Positions 1 to 9,253 of a stretch of 64,000 nt of DNA are shown here, piece after piece. The stretch covers positions 30,829-94,828 of the forward strand of contig JAMLHN010000012.1 of the NCBI GenBank assembly GCA_023957115.1, given 5' to 3'. This stretch comes from Thermomicrobiales bacterium (GTDB lineage: Bacteria > Chloroflexota > Chloroflexia > Thermomicrobiales > UBA6265). Both the position numbers and the translations under genes were made by a program. Below the pieces are notes generated by a model. It saw only the letters and a program-made list of their open reading frames with translations, made no database searches and was not told the origin of the DNA. Numbering within the stretch: the stretch's first letter is position 1; every line of letters begins with the position of its first letter.

Positions 1-161
1 CATGGCCCGGCCTCGGGAGGCTGGTCGTGCAAGCCACGCTCAATCGTGATTTCCCACTCATCGAGTCGTCCGTCATTCTGCTCGCCTCGGGTTTCGTGAT
101 CATCAATCTGATCGTCGACCTCCTCTATGGCGTGCTCGATCCGCGGATCAAGTTGAGCTGA
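1..161 (+). CDS. DppB/OppB-like ABC permease, C-terminal fragment cut by the window edge
   Basis: Frame 3 reads without stops: WPGLGRLVVQATLNRDFPLIESSVILLASGFVIINLIVDLLYGVLDPRIKLS*, the conserved C-terminus of peptide/nickel ABC permeases. Stop TGA at 159-161. The partner permease starts 22 nt later. Confidence 0.7.
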   Translation, partial: WPGLGRLVVQATLNRDFPLIESSVILLASGFVIINLIVDLLYGVLDPRIKLS

Positions 162-183
162 TGGGAGCCGGCACCATGCGCGT

Positions 184-1110
184 ATGGTATTCCCAATGAC
201 GTCGGTCCCATTGAGCCAACCGCTGAGCCCCGGCGCGCTCGAATCCAGCCGGAGCGTCTCGCGCTGGCAGCAAGTACGTCGCCGCCTGAATGGACGAGCC
301 TATATCGGCGGAACCCTGGTGGCGATTGCGATCCTGGCCGCCGTGTTCGCGCCCTTGCTGGCGCCGGCCGATCCTGAGTATGCCGATATCACCATTCGGC
401 TCAAGCCACCTGCGTGGCAGAGCGGCGGAAGCACGACGTATCTCCTGGGTACGGATGCACTGGGTCGCGATCTCCTGAGTCGAATCATCTATGGCGCGCG
501 AACCTCGTTGATGATCAGCGTGACCGCGGTAATTCTGGCGGCTCTGATTGGAGTCACCCTCGGGCTCATCGCTGGCTATTACGGCGGAACGATCGACCTG
601 GTCGTCATGCGCATGGTGGACATCATGTTCGCCTTTCCATTCTTGCTGCTGGCCATCACCTGGATGGCGATTTTCTCTCCCGGGCAGCGGAATGTGATTG
701 CGATTCTGGTGCTCACCGGCTGGGCAACCTTTGCCCGTCTGACCCGAGGACAGGTGCTGACGATGAAGGAACGCGAGTATGTCATTGCCGCGCGCGTCCT
801 CGGCGCGTCCAACGACCGGCTGATCCGGCGGCATGTGCTGCCAAATCTCATCCCGACGATCATCGTGATCGGCACCATGACCCTCGCCCAGTTCATTCTG
901 GCCGAAGCGGCCCTGTCGTTTCTCGGGCTCGGAGTGCCGCCACAAACCCCCACCTGGGGTGGTCTTGTCAATGAGGGACGGGACTACATCACGCAGGCCT
1001 GGTGGATCGAGACATTTCCCGGTATCGCAATTGTGCTGACCGTATCCGGTATCGGACTTCTGGGCGACTGGATGCGGGATGTGCTCGATCCCCGATTGCG
1101 CAGTCTCTGA
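184..1110 (+). CDS. DppC/OppC-like ABC permease
   Basis: 308-aa ORF with several hydrophobic segments. Conserved permease loop (LTRGQVLTMKEREYVIAARVLGASNDRLIRRHVLPN) and C-terminal DWMRDVLDPRL. Confidence 0.9.
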   Translation: MVFPMTSVPLSQPLSPGALESSRSVSRWQQVRRRLNGRAYIGGTLVAIAILAAVFAPLLAPADPEYADITIRLKPPAWQSGGSTTYLLGTDALGRDLLSRIIYGARTSLMISVTAVILAALIGVTLGLIAGYYGGTIDLVVMRMVDIMFAFPFLLLAITWMAIFSPGQRNVIAILVLTGWATFARLTRGQVLTMKEREYVIAARVLGASNDRLIRRHVLPNLIPTIIVIGTMTLAQFILAEAALSFLGLGVPPQTPTWGGLVNEGRDYITQAWWIETFPGIAIVLTVSGIGLLGDWMRDVLDPRLRSL

Positions 1111-1146
1111 TGTGCCATTTCGTTTGCAACGGTTGGGAGTGACTCT

Positions 1147-2595
1147 GTGACCAAGTCGAATACGGATTCTTGGCGTCTTGCGACGTTGCTTGAGATGGCT
1201 ACGCTGATCGAGCGTCGTGAGGTTTCGCCCGTCGAGGTGGTGACGGCCGCGTTGGAACGGGCGGAAACCGACGGTCCCTACTACAACACCTATATCACCG
1301 TCTTGGCCGAGCAGGCGATCGAAGAAGCGCGAACGGCCGAGCAAGAGATCCTGCAAGGCAACTATCGAGGGCCATTGCACGGGATTCCGCTCTCGATCAA
1401 GGATATCTATTGGACGAAGGGCGTGCGGACCACCGTCGGTTCCCGTGTCCTGTCAGATTTCGTTCCTGATGAAGATGCAACCGTCGTCGCGCGCTTGCGC
1501 GACGCGGGCGGCATCCTGATTGCAAAGGCGAACACCTATCAGTTCGCATGCTCTCCTCCAATTCGGGATTTCGGACCGTCCAGGAATCCGTGGAATGTCA
1601 CGCGCACCACCCGGGGATCGAGCTGCGGTTCGGCGGCATCCGTGGCGGCGGGTATCGACTACGGATCGTACGGGAGTGATACCGGCGGGTCGATCCGGGT
1701 GCCGAGCGCATTTACCGGAATTGTGGGCCTCAAGCCAAGTTATGGATTGGTTCCGCGATTCGGAATGAATCCGGTTTCCTGGACCATGGATTACAGCGGT
1801 CCAATGGCAAGAACGGTTGCAGATGCCAGGGCGCTCCTTCTGGCCGCCGCGGGTCCTGATGGGCGAGATCCCGCAACAGTCGGAACGCCCGCACTCCCAC
1901 CCGGATTGGCGAACGGGATGGGCCTCGCAGGAGTCCGGATTGGGCTGCTCGGCGAGGCGATCGGGAATCCAACCTTGCCGGAAGTTGCCGCCGCCGTGAA
2001 GAACGCGGCAACGAAACTGGAGCTGGCTGGAGCTGAGGTCTCGACCGTGGCAATGCCTGATTTCCTGAGCGATGCCGCCGATGCCCATGGGAACATCATG
2101 TGGCCCGAGATTCTCTTCTTGCACCGGCACTGGTATCCGTCGAAAAAAGAGCTCTACAGCGAGTTCTTGCGCGATCGACTCGAGGCATCGCAAACAATCT
2201 CCGCGCAGACGTATCTGTCGGCATTGGATACCCGAGCTCATCTCCAGGAGCAGATCGGCCGAACCCTGGCGGACGTAGACCTTCTGCTCCTACCGGTCGT
2301 TCCATTCCCTGCAACGCCGTTGGAGGGAGCAGAGGACGATTCCGAAATCGGTCGCGATGCCGAGTTCTTCGGACTTGGGTGGCTCAACTGTCCCTTCGAC
2401 ATTACTGGCAACCCGGCTATCTCGATGCCCGGAGGGCTGACCTCGGATCATCTTCCCATTGGCATTCAGCTTGTTGGACGGCCCTTCGAGGACCTCCTGG
2501 TTTTGGATGTCGCCGAGGCGCTTGAATCGCAGCTCGGTTTTCGATCTCAGCAAGACGCGTTGCTCCGGATGATCGCAGACCGACACCGGCAGTAA
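1147..2595 (+). CDS. Amidase (amidase-signature family, GatA-like)
   Basis: 482-aa ORF; GTG start 7 nt after GGGAG. Gly/Ser-rich amidase signature GGSSCGSAASVAAG...GSDTGGSIRVPSAF and SIKD lysine context. Confidence 0.9.
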   Translation: MTKSNTDSWRLATLLEMATLIERREVSPVEVVTAALERAETDGPYYNTYITVLAEQAIEEARTAEQEILQGNYRGPLHGIPLSIKDIYWTKGVRTTVGSRVLSDFVPDEDATVVARLRDAGGILIAKANTYQFACSPPIRDFGPSRNPWNVTRTTRGSSCGSAASVAAGIDYGSYGSDTGGSIRVPSAFTGIVGLKPSYGLVPRFGMNPVSWTMDYSGPMARTVADARALLLAAAGPDGRDPATVGTPALPPGLANGMGLAGVRIGLLGEAIGNPTLPEVAAAVKNAATKLELAGAEVSTVAMPDFLSDAADAHGNIMWPEILFLHRHWYPSKKELYSEFLRDRLEASQTISAQTYLSALDTRAHLQEQIGRTLADVDLLLLPVVPFPATPLEGAEDDSEIGRDAEFFGLGWLNCPFDITGNPAISMPGGLTSDHLPIGIQLVGRPFEDLLVLDVAEALESQLGFRSQQDALLRMIADRHRQ

Positions 2596-3148
2596 CGCGC
2601 CGGCGGCGCGATGCACAGGGGCAACGTGGGAATGCGCCGATCTCCAGAGCTGCGCACGCTCGATCTCATTCGGGGGGTGGGTGCGTGCCGGAGTGCCAGC
2701 GGAGCGTCTCCGAGCCGTTGTGGAGAGGCAGCCCAAGAGTAGTTCGGCAGAGGGGGATCCTGGTAAAGCTGCTGCTTGCATACGTGCGAGAGACACAGTG
2801 CTTCGTCGCTCCGGCTTATCCGGCCAGGTCTGACCGAGCATCCAGCCACGCAAGCCAAACACGAGAACTCCACGTCCCCTATGCATGTTCTTGTTCCCGA
2901 GAACCGGACAGTGTTTCCGGTCGTCATCGTGTCCCAACCCCATTTCCCAAAGGTCCGATCGTTCTCCCTTGTCGTTCGGACTGTTCGACGTGCGCGGATC
3001 ACGACGACCCGCTACGCCGTCATGCGTGCTCCTGATCTGGACAGGACCGAGCCAGGTCAGATGTTGGCGTCCATCCCAAATCTGCACGTGATCGTCCCAC
3101 CGAGGGGATTCCTGCAGCGAGAGTCGTGTTCGTCTTTGGGCGACATGT

Positions 3149-3197
3149 ATGAAATTTGTGTTGCGAATGCACCAATTATGAATGAAATGTTGCAAAT
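3149..3197. promoter_or_regulatory. Direct repeat ATGAAAT...GTTGCnAAT (2 copies) in an AT-rich patch upstream of the RpiR gene; candidate operator
   Basis: atgaaatttgtgttgcgaat at 3149-3168 and atgaaatgttgcaaat at 3182-3197. This is the only strongly AT-rich patch in the 2596-3267 gap. Confidence 0.3.
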
Positions 3198-3218
3198 ACT
3201 CAGGCTCCCTGCTAGAGT
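3190..3218 (+). promoter_or_regulatory. Sigma-70-like promoter candidate for the RpiR gene
   Basis: TTGCAA (3190-3195), 17-nt spacer, TAGAGT (3213-3218). Followed by GGGAG and a TTG start at 3268. Confidence 0.35.
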
Positions 3219-3267
3219 CCGGTTCAGCGAAGCATCAATCACGTACGAATGGATTCGGGAGCTCTCG

Positions 3268-4116
3268 TTGGACGGTTCACACCCACTCGTAGGGCATCAT
3301 CACTACGATCGACTGAGCCCCAAACAGCAGAAGTTGGCGCGTTTTGTTGCCGAGAATCCGTCATTTGCCGCATTTGCCACCGCGGCCAATCTGGCCGAGC
3401 GCGCCGGCACGAGCACCGCAACGGTGGTCCGGTTCGCGCAGGCGTTGGGCTTCGATGGCTACGAGGAATTCCAGCAAAACGTTCGTCACAACTATTTGCG
3501 GACACTCCGGCCGCTCGAGGCGCTGGAGAGCAAGCCGCATGTCGGTGAGAACCTCTTCGAAGTGCAGCTTTACCAGGACCTCGAGAATCTGCGGCTGGCG
3601 TTGCACTCGCTGCATGTCGACCTGTTGACCGAGATTGCGGAGCGCATCGACGCTGCACGACAGATCGTGATCGTCTCCGCAGGTAGCTACTCGGCGGTCG
3701 CGTTGGTGCTTGGGCATCTGCTGCGATTCATGGGCTACCCCGCCCTTGTCGAGGATCGGGGTGGTCCACATCTCACAGCCGCGATCTCTCCATTGGATGA
3801 CCGTGACCTCGTCATTGGCATCAGCTTCTGGAAAGGCGCCCGCGAGATCGTCGGGGTGCTGGAGTGGGCGTCGGGCAAGGGGATTCCGACCATTGCGCTC
3901 GCGGATACCGTCTACGCCCCACTTGCCCGCGCCGCCACCACCGCCGTCGTGCTGCCGACTGAGAGCCCATCGTTCTATCAGTCGATGGTCGCACCGCTTT
4001 CGATCGCTTACGGAATCGTCGCGTTTCTGGCCAATCGTGCGGATGCAGACCGCAAGCAGATCATGAGGGAGGCGGAACAAAGCTACGACCTATTGGATAT
4101 CTCGGTAAATCGTTAG
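3268..4116 (+). CDS. RpiR-family transcriptional regulator (HTH + SIS domain)
   Basis: HTH region LSPKQQKLARFVAENPSFAAFATAANLAERAGTSTATVVRFAQALGFDGYEEF, then a SIS-like IVIVSAGSYSAVA...DLVIGISF. The ORF-track start at 2776 is judged too early. TTG 3268 lies 6 nt after GGGAG and downstream of the promoter-like pair. ATG 3178 and 3187 are alternative starts. Confidence 0.85.
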   Translation: MDGSHPLVGHHHYDRLSPKQQKLARFVAENPSFAAFATAANLAERAGTSTATVVRFAQALGFDGYEEFQQNVRHNYLRTLRPLEALESKPHVGENLFEVQLYQDLENLRLALHSLHVDLLTEIAERIDAARQIVIVSAGSYSAVALVLGHLLRFMGYPALVEDRGGPHLTAAISPLDDRDLVIGISFWKGAREIVGVLEWASGKGIPTIALADTVYAPLARAATTAVVLPTESPSFYQSMVAPLSIAYGIVAFLANRADADRKQIMREAEQSYDLLDISVNR

Positions 4117-4172
4117 TTAGGTAAATATAAGCGCCGGGTCGATTGGCGTATCAACCAGTCAAGGGGAGATTC

Positions 4173-5315
4173 ATGTCAGGTGCGCGTGTTCAGCGAATTC
4201 AAGACCGTATTCGAGACGAGGGGCTCGATGCGCTCGTTTTGTACAAACCGGTCAATACGTACTACGCCAGTGGATTCACCAGCCTCGACACCGCTCGTCC
4301 GAACTCGTACACGCGGCCGATCGTCGTTGTCCTGACCCCGGAGCGGGGCACACTCGTCGTTCCACTGCTCGATGACGAGCCGGCTCGGGAAATGTCCTGG
4401 ATCGGGGACATCCGATCGTATCTCAAGCCACCTCCGTTCGAGAGTGGGCAGGAGTTGATCGCGGAATTCCTCAGCGAGCAGGGCGCCCGCCGCATCGGTG
4501 TCGAGCAGGATTACATCTCGCTCAGGGTGATGGACGATCTGCGTCGCCGCCTTCCAAACATCGAATTCGCTCCCGCCGCGCACATCATCGAATCACTGAG
4601 GCTCATCAAGGATGCCCAGGAGATCGAGTACCTGCGCGAGGCTTCGCGGCTGACCGACGTCGCCATGAAGACCAGCATCGACGCCATGATCGCCGGCCGG
4701 TCCGAGATCGAGGTCGAGGCCGAAGGTATCCGGGCCATTCGACTCTCCAACGGGAACGGCGGACTGAACCATCAGACCGCCATGATCGACGCCATGGCGA
4801 TCATTCTCGGCGGCGCCCGCGGTTCGATGCCGCACGAGTTTAGTTCCTATCGCCCGTTCGAAGACGGCGATCTCACCTGGCACTGCTGGCTGATTTCCTC
4901 GTGGGGGTACTGGTCGGAGAACGTTCGCTCCCTGGTGCTGGGCGAAACCAACGCAATCCATCAGCGGATGCTCGATGCCGCTCGGGTCTCGTTCGAGCTC
5001 GGCAAAGAGCAGGTTCGTCCTGGAAACGAAGTCCGGAACGTTTTTGCAGCCGTCCAGGGACACATTCAGAAGCAAGCCCCTGACGGCACCATGCTCATCT
5101 CGCGCAGCGGACATGGCTCAGGTCTCGAGTATCACGAGCCGCCGTTCGTCGAAGCGACAGACACCACGGTGCTCGAGCCGGGAATGGTGCTGACCGTCGA
5201 GCCAGGCGTATTCCTCCCTGGCGTCGGTGGCGCCACCTACTCTGACACGCTCGTCGTGACAGAAAACGGTCACGAGACCCTCACGCAATACCCGATCGAA
5301 GGCAGTCGCAACTAG
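4173..5315 (+). CDS. M24-family creatinase / Xaa-Pro peptidase-like hydrolase
   Basis: ATG preceded by AAGGGGAG (4161-4168). N-terminal creatinase/prolidase domain plus pita-bread motifs SGHGSGLEYHEPP and VLTVEPGVF. See the finding on metal-ligand substitutions. Confidence 0.85.
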   Translation: MSGARVQRIQDRIRDEGLDALVLYKPVNTYYASGFTSLDTARPNSYTRPIVVVLTPERGTLVVPLLDDEPAREMSWIGDIRSYLKPPPFESGQELIAEFLSEQGARRIGVEQDYISLRVMDDLRRRLPNIEFAPAAHIIESLRLIKDAQEIEYLREASRLTDVAMKTSIDAMIAGRSEIEVEAEGIRAIRLSNGNGGLNHQTAMIDAMAIILGGARGSMPHEFSSYRPFEDGDLTWHCWLISSWGYWSENVRSLVLGETNAIHQRMLDAARVSFELGKEQVRPGNEVRNVFAAVQGHIQKQAPDGTMLISRSGHGSGLEYHEPPFVEATDTTVLEPGMVLTVEPGVFLPGVGGATYSDTLVVTENGHETLTQYPIEGSRN

Positions 5316-5338
5316 CGGGTCGACTGGAGGAGCGTCAC

Positions 5339-7417
5339 ATGACAGTCCGGGTCGGGATCGACATCGGCGGCACATTTACCGACGTGGTGATGATCGACAG
5401 CGATGGCAACATCGTGGTCGACAAAGTGCCGTCGACGCCGCCGAATTTTGCAAACGGCGTGATGAACGGGCTGGGTAAGCTGCCAGTCCCGATCGAAGCA
5501 CTGTCGTACTTCTCCCACGGAACCACCGCGGCCACGAACGCCATCATCGAGAAGAAGGGCGCCAGGACTGGTCTGATCACGACCAGGGGCTTTCGGGATG
5601 TGCTGGAAATCCGGCGCGCGGATCGTGGCAAGTTGTACGACTACTGGTGGCGACCGCCTCAGCCATTGGTTCCACGGCCGTTCCGGCGCGAAGTAACCGA
5701 GCGTATTGCCTTTGACGGTTCTGTGCTCGATCCGCTATCTGAGTCCGAGGTGCTCGAAGCGGTCGATTTCCTGCGCGGACACGATGTCCAGGCGGTCGCC
5801 GTTTGCTTCCTAAACTCGTTCACGAACGCAGCACACGAGCAGCGAGTGAAAGAGCTGATCGTCGAGCGCTGGCCAGACGTTTTCGTTTGCACCTCGTTCG
5901 AGATTCTGCCGGAGCTGCTCGAATTCGAGCGGACCAGCACGACCGTCGCAAACGCCTATGTGGGGCCGATCATCAGCACGTATCTCGAGGATCTGGAGCG
6001 TCAGCTCCAGGCACAGGGTTTCGCCGAGGATGTCTACATTATGGGCTCCTCGGGCGGCATGATGACGGCGACGCAGGCAGAGCAGCTTCCGGTTTCCACC
6101 GCCGTGTCCGGGCTGGCCGCCGGTGTGATGGCTGGGGCGGAAATCGCGGCTCAGACCGGGCGCGAGAATGTCATCACCTTGGATGTGGGGGGAACCAGCA
6201 GCGATATTGCCCTCATCCACCGGTCCACACCACGCCTGACCAACGAATGGATGGTCGAATTTGGCGTTCCCATCCGGTTGCCAGCGGTCGATATTCACAC
6301 ACTCGGCGCCGGAGGGGGCTCGATCGCATGGATCGATGCCGGAGGCGCCCTCCAGGTCGGACCGCAAAGCGCCGGTGCGGTGCCCGGCCCTGTCTGCTAC
6401 GGCAAGGGGGGTGCCGAGCCGACCACCACAGACGCCCAGCTCTTGCTGGGGCGCCTGAATATGGAGCTTTGGCGCGAGCGATACGGGTGGGATCTCGATC
6501 TCGCGGCTGCTGAAGAAGCCCTCCGCGTGAAGATTGGCGACCCGCTCGGCTTGACCGCGGTCGAAGCGGCCGATGCGATTCTCAGGGTGACCGTCAACAA
6601 CCTGGTGCAGGGGATCCGGCTTGTCTCCATCGAACGTGGGTACGATCCGAGGGCATTCACCTTGTGTCCGTTTGGCGGCGCTGGCGCGATGTACGGCGTC
6701 GATGTCGCCGAGGCGCTTTCGATTCCCGAAGTCGTCGTGCCGCTTCACCCTGGAGTGACGTCAGCCCTGGGACTGCTCCAGGTCGACCTCAAACAGGACC
6801 TGATGCGGTCCGCATTGATGGTGCAGGGGGAGATCGACCTGGACCTCCTGACCGGGCTCTACGCAGAGCTGGAAGCCGAGGCCAACGATCTCCTGGAAGG
6901 AGCGGACGTTCCGGCAGAGCGTCGCATTCTTCGACGCCAGGCGGATGTTCGCTACTTCGGCCAGAGTAAGTACATGACCGTTTCGGTACCGGACGGTCCA
7001 GTCGACGACGCGCTCGTCGCGACGCTTATCGAGAACTTCAGCAGCGAGCATCAGCGCGAATACGGCTACACGATGCCTCCGCACATTGCCGAGATCGAGA
7101 TTGCCAACGTACGCCTCGCCGCCATCGGGCAGCTCGACCGGCCGTCGATCGTCAGCTCGGCAGATGCCACGGCGCACGGTTCGGCCACGTCGTGCCGTCC
7201 CGTCTACTTCACCGCAACAGGATCTGTCGAGACGCCCATTCTTGGCAGAGCCCAGATCGCGCAGGGACAGCCCGTGCTGGGACCGGTTGTGATCGAGCAA
7301 TCCGATGCCACGACCGTAGTGTCGCCTGGCTGGCAGGCAGTGGCCGATCACTTGGGGAATCTGATCGTCAGTCACGTTCATGTCGGATCGGACACGGGAG
7401 GCAGCCATGGCAATTGA
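5339..7417 (+). CDS. hyuA: Hydantoinase/oxoprolinase A subunit (HyuA family)
   Basis: 692 aa; N-terminal VGIDIGGTFTDVV ATPase motif; DVGGTSSDIAL. RBS GGAGGAG upstream. Confidence 0.92.
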   Translation: MTVRVGIDIGGTFTDVVMIDSDGNIVVDKVPSTPPNFANGVMNGLGKLPVPIEALSYFSHGTTAATNAIIEKKGARTGLITTRGFRDVLEIRRADRGKLYDYWWRPPQPLVPRPFRREVTERIAFDGSVLDPLSESEVLEAVDFLRGHDVQAVAVCFLNSFTNAAHEQRVKELIVERWPDVFVCTSFEILPELLEFERTSTTVANAYVGPIISTYLEDLERQLQAQGFAEDVYIMGSSGGMMTATQAEQLPVSTAVSGLAAGVMAGAEIAAQTGRENVITLDVGGTSSDIALIHRSTPRLTNEWMVEFGVPIRLPAVDIHTLGAGGGSIAWIDAGGALQVGPQSAGAVPGPVCYGKGGAEPTTTDAQLLLGRLNMELWRERYGWDLDLAAAEEALRVKIGDPLGLTAVEAADAILRVTVNNLVQGIRLVSIERGYDPRAFTLCPFGGAGAMYGVDVAEALSIPEVVVPLHPGVTSALGLLQVDLKQDLMRSALMVQGEIDLDLLTGLYAELEAEANDLLEGADVPAERRILRRQADVRYFGQSKYMTVSVPDGPVDDALVATLIENFSSEHQREYGYTMPPHIAEIEIANVRLAAIGQLDRPSIVSSADATAHGSATSCRPVYFTATGSVETPILGRAQIAQGQPVLGPVVIEQSDATTVVSPGWQAVADHLGNLIVSHVHVGSDTGGSHGN

Positions 7418-9179
7418 TCCAACGACGTTCGCGATTCTGCGCAGCTCATTCGTAAATATCGCCAATGAGATGGGGTTGACACTCGGGAAGGTTGCCTACT
7501 CTCCGGTTATTACCGAGGGCCGCGATTTCGCTGGAGCGGTCTATGACTCAAATGGCCATCTGGTTGCGTGTGGTGAGCACGATCTGACCGGACTCCTGGG
7601 CACCATGGAGCCAACCATCCAGTTGATTTTCGATTGGCTGGGGAAAGAGAACCTTCATGAGGGAGATGTTGTCTTTGTCAACTGCCCGCATGAAGCCGGA
7701 AGCCATCTGAACGATGTGCGAGCCGTCAAGCCCGTCTATTGGGAAGGTGAGCTGGTCGCCTTCGTCGCCGATGTCGGGCACTGGACTGACATTGGTGGAC
7801 CGGTTCCTGGTTCGATCAATCCGCTCGCGCGCGACAGCTATGGTGAGGGGCTGCGGATCACGCCCATCAAGGTGGTCGATCGGGGAGTCATCCGGGACGA
7901 CGTCATTCGGATGATTCTGGGCAACCTGCGGATCCCGTATGAAACCAATGGGGACATCTTCGCTCAGATCAAGGCGCTGGAATCGGGCGAGGCCCGGTTG
8001 CATGAAGTGCTTCGAACCTATGGAGCGGACACCTTGAGCGAAGCATTTGCTCAAATGAAGGTCCACGCCGCCGGCATCTTCCGCAACTACCTCGCTCAGA
8101 TACCGGACGCCGAAGTCGAGTTCACCGACTATATCGACCTCGATCCGCTCGATCTCGAGGCTGGGCCAGTACGCATCCATCTGAAGCTGATCAAGTCCGG
8201 TGATCGGTTGATCTTCGACTTCACTGGATCTGCGCCGGCGCCCAAGGGCGGGGTAGGAGCGTCTCGACCGCTCACCTGTTCAGGCGTCTATGTTCCGGTT
8301 CTCAATCTATTCCCGGACGTTCCGTTCAACCACGGATTCATCGAGTGTTGCGAGGTGCGTACGAAGCCGGGGACCGCGGTGCATGTCGAGTTTCCATCGC
8401 CGGTATCCGGGGCAGCCTCGGGCGGATTCGAGAAGGTGATCGCCTGCACGCTGGGCGTGCTGGGACAGCTGGTGCCAGAGAAGCAGGTCGGATCGACCTA
8501 CAACCTGATCAACGTCACGCTTGGCGGAATCGATCCTCGATTCAACAAGCCCTACGTGATGTACATGTGGAACGAAGGTGGGTTTGGGGGCGGTCCTCAC
8601 ATGGATGGCGGCGATGCCCCCACCATGGCGCTCTTTGCGACCGGGTCGCGCAACCAACCGGTGGAAGTGCATGAGCGCTTCTATCCCGTCGTCTACACCG
8701 AGCTCGTGATTGGCGAAGACACCTCCGGGGACGGTCGTTGGCGCGGCTGTCCCGGTATTCGGCACAGCTACCGGGTCGAGCATGGGCAGGGTGAGGTTGG
8801 CGTCTTCGGAGACCGTGCCAAACATGCGCCGTGGGGCGTCAAGGGCGGTCGTGCGGCTGCTCCCCAGGTCGTCTACGTGAATCGCGGCAGGCCGGACGAG
8901 CGTGTGCTCGGAATGTTCAGCTCCGGGGTCATTGTCAACGAAGGCGACATCGTCGAAGTGTGGTCCGCTGGCGGCGGCGGTTATGGCGAGCCGATGGACA
9001 GAGAGCCCGAGCGGGTGCTCGCGGATGTCCAGAGCGGAATTCTTTCAGTTGCACGCGCGAAGGAGGTGTACGGGGTCATCGTGCGGTGTGTCGACGAGAG
9101 ACTCGAGCAGTACGACGTCGACGAGAAGGAGACGTTGGAGACGCGCGAGTCCCTCAAGCAATCCGTAGCGACTGTCTAG
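7407..9179 (+). CDS. hyuB: Hydantoinase B/oxoprolinase subunit (HyuB family)
   Basis: Starts MAIDPTTFAILRSSF after GGAGG and overlaps the hyuA stop by 11 nt. HyuB-type C-terminus GGGGYGEPMDREPERVLADVQSG. Confidence 0.92.
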   Translation: MAIDPTTFAILRSSFVNIANEMGLTLGKVAYSPVITEGRDFAGAVYDSNGHLVACGEHDLTGLLGTMEPTIQLIFDWLGKENLHEGDVVFVNCPHEAGSHLNDVRAVKPVYWEGELVAFVADVGHWTDIGGPVPGSINPLARDSYGEGLRITPIKVVDRGVIRDDVIRMILGNLRIPYETNGDIFAQIKALESGEARLHEVLRTYGADTLSEAFAQMKVHAAGIFRNYLAQIPDAEVEFTDYIDLDPLDLEAGPVRIHLKLIKSGDRLIFDFTGSAPAPKGGVGASRPLTCSGVYVPVLNLFPDVPFNHGFIECCEVRTKPGTAVHVEFPSPVSGAASGGFEKVIACTLGVLGQLVPEKQVGSTYNLINVTLGGIDPRFNKPYVMYMWNEGGFGGGPHMDGGDAPTMALFATGSRNQPVEVHERFYPVVYTELVIGEDTSGDGRWRGCPGIRHSYRVEHGQGEVGVFGDRAKHAPWGVKGGRAAAPQVVYVNRGRPDERVLGMFSSGVIVNEGDIVEVWSAGGGGYGEPMDREPERVLADVQSGILSVARAKEVYGVIVRCVDERLEQYDVDEKETLETRESLKQSVATV

Positions 9180-9253
9180 AGCGGCAAATCAGGATTCTTG
9201 CACTGTCCAGCCAAAGCAAACGAGTCGTTCAACCCTCGAAAAGGAGAGCACCT

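Noticed and set aside
148-1380. 410-aa minus-strand ORF spanning the permease/amidase junction
   Set aside because: The translation is Arg/Gly/His/Pro-rich and low-complexity with no motifs. The opposite strand encodes a permease and an amidase with clear signatures. This is a typical antisense ORF in GC-rich DNA.
2776-3267. N-terminal ~160-aa extension of the RpiR ORF given by the ORF track
   Set aside because: The extension has no homology-like features, and RpiR proteins are about 280-300 aa. A promoter-like pair and a GGGAG RBS sit inside the extension, just before TTG 3268.
8831-9253. Upstream extension of the PotD-like ORF overlapping hyuB
   Set aside because: It is Arg-rich nonsense lying inside the well-supported hyuB frame. 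A strong RBS and a signal peptide begin at 9254.
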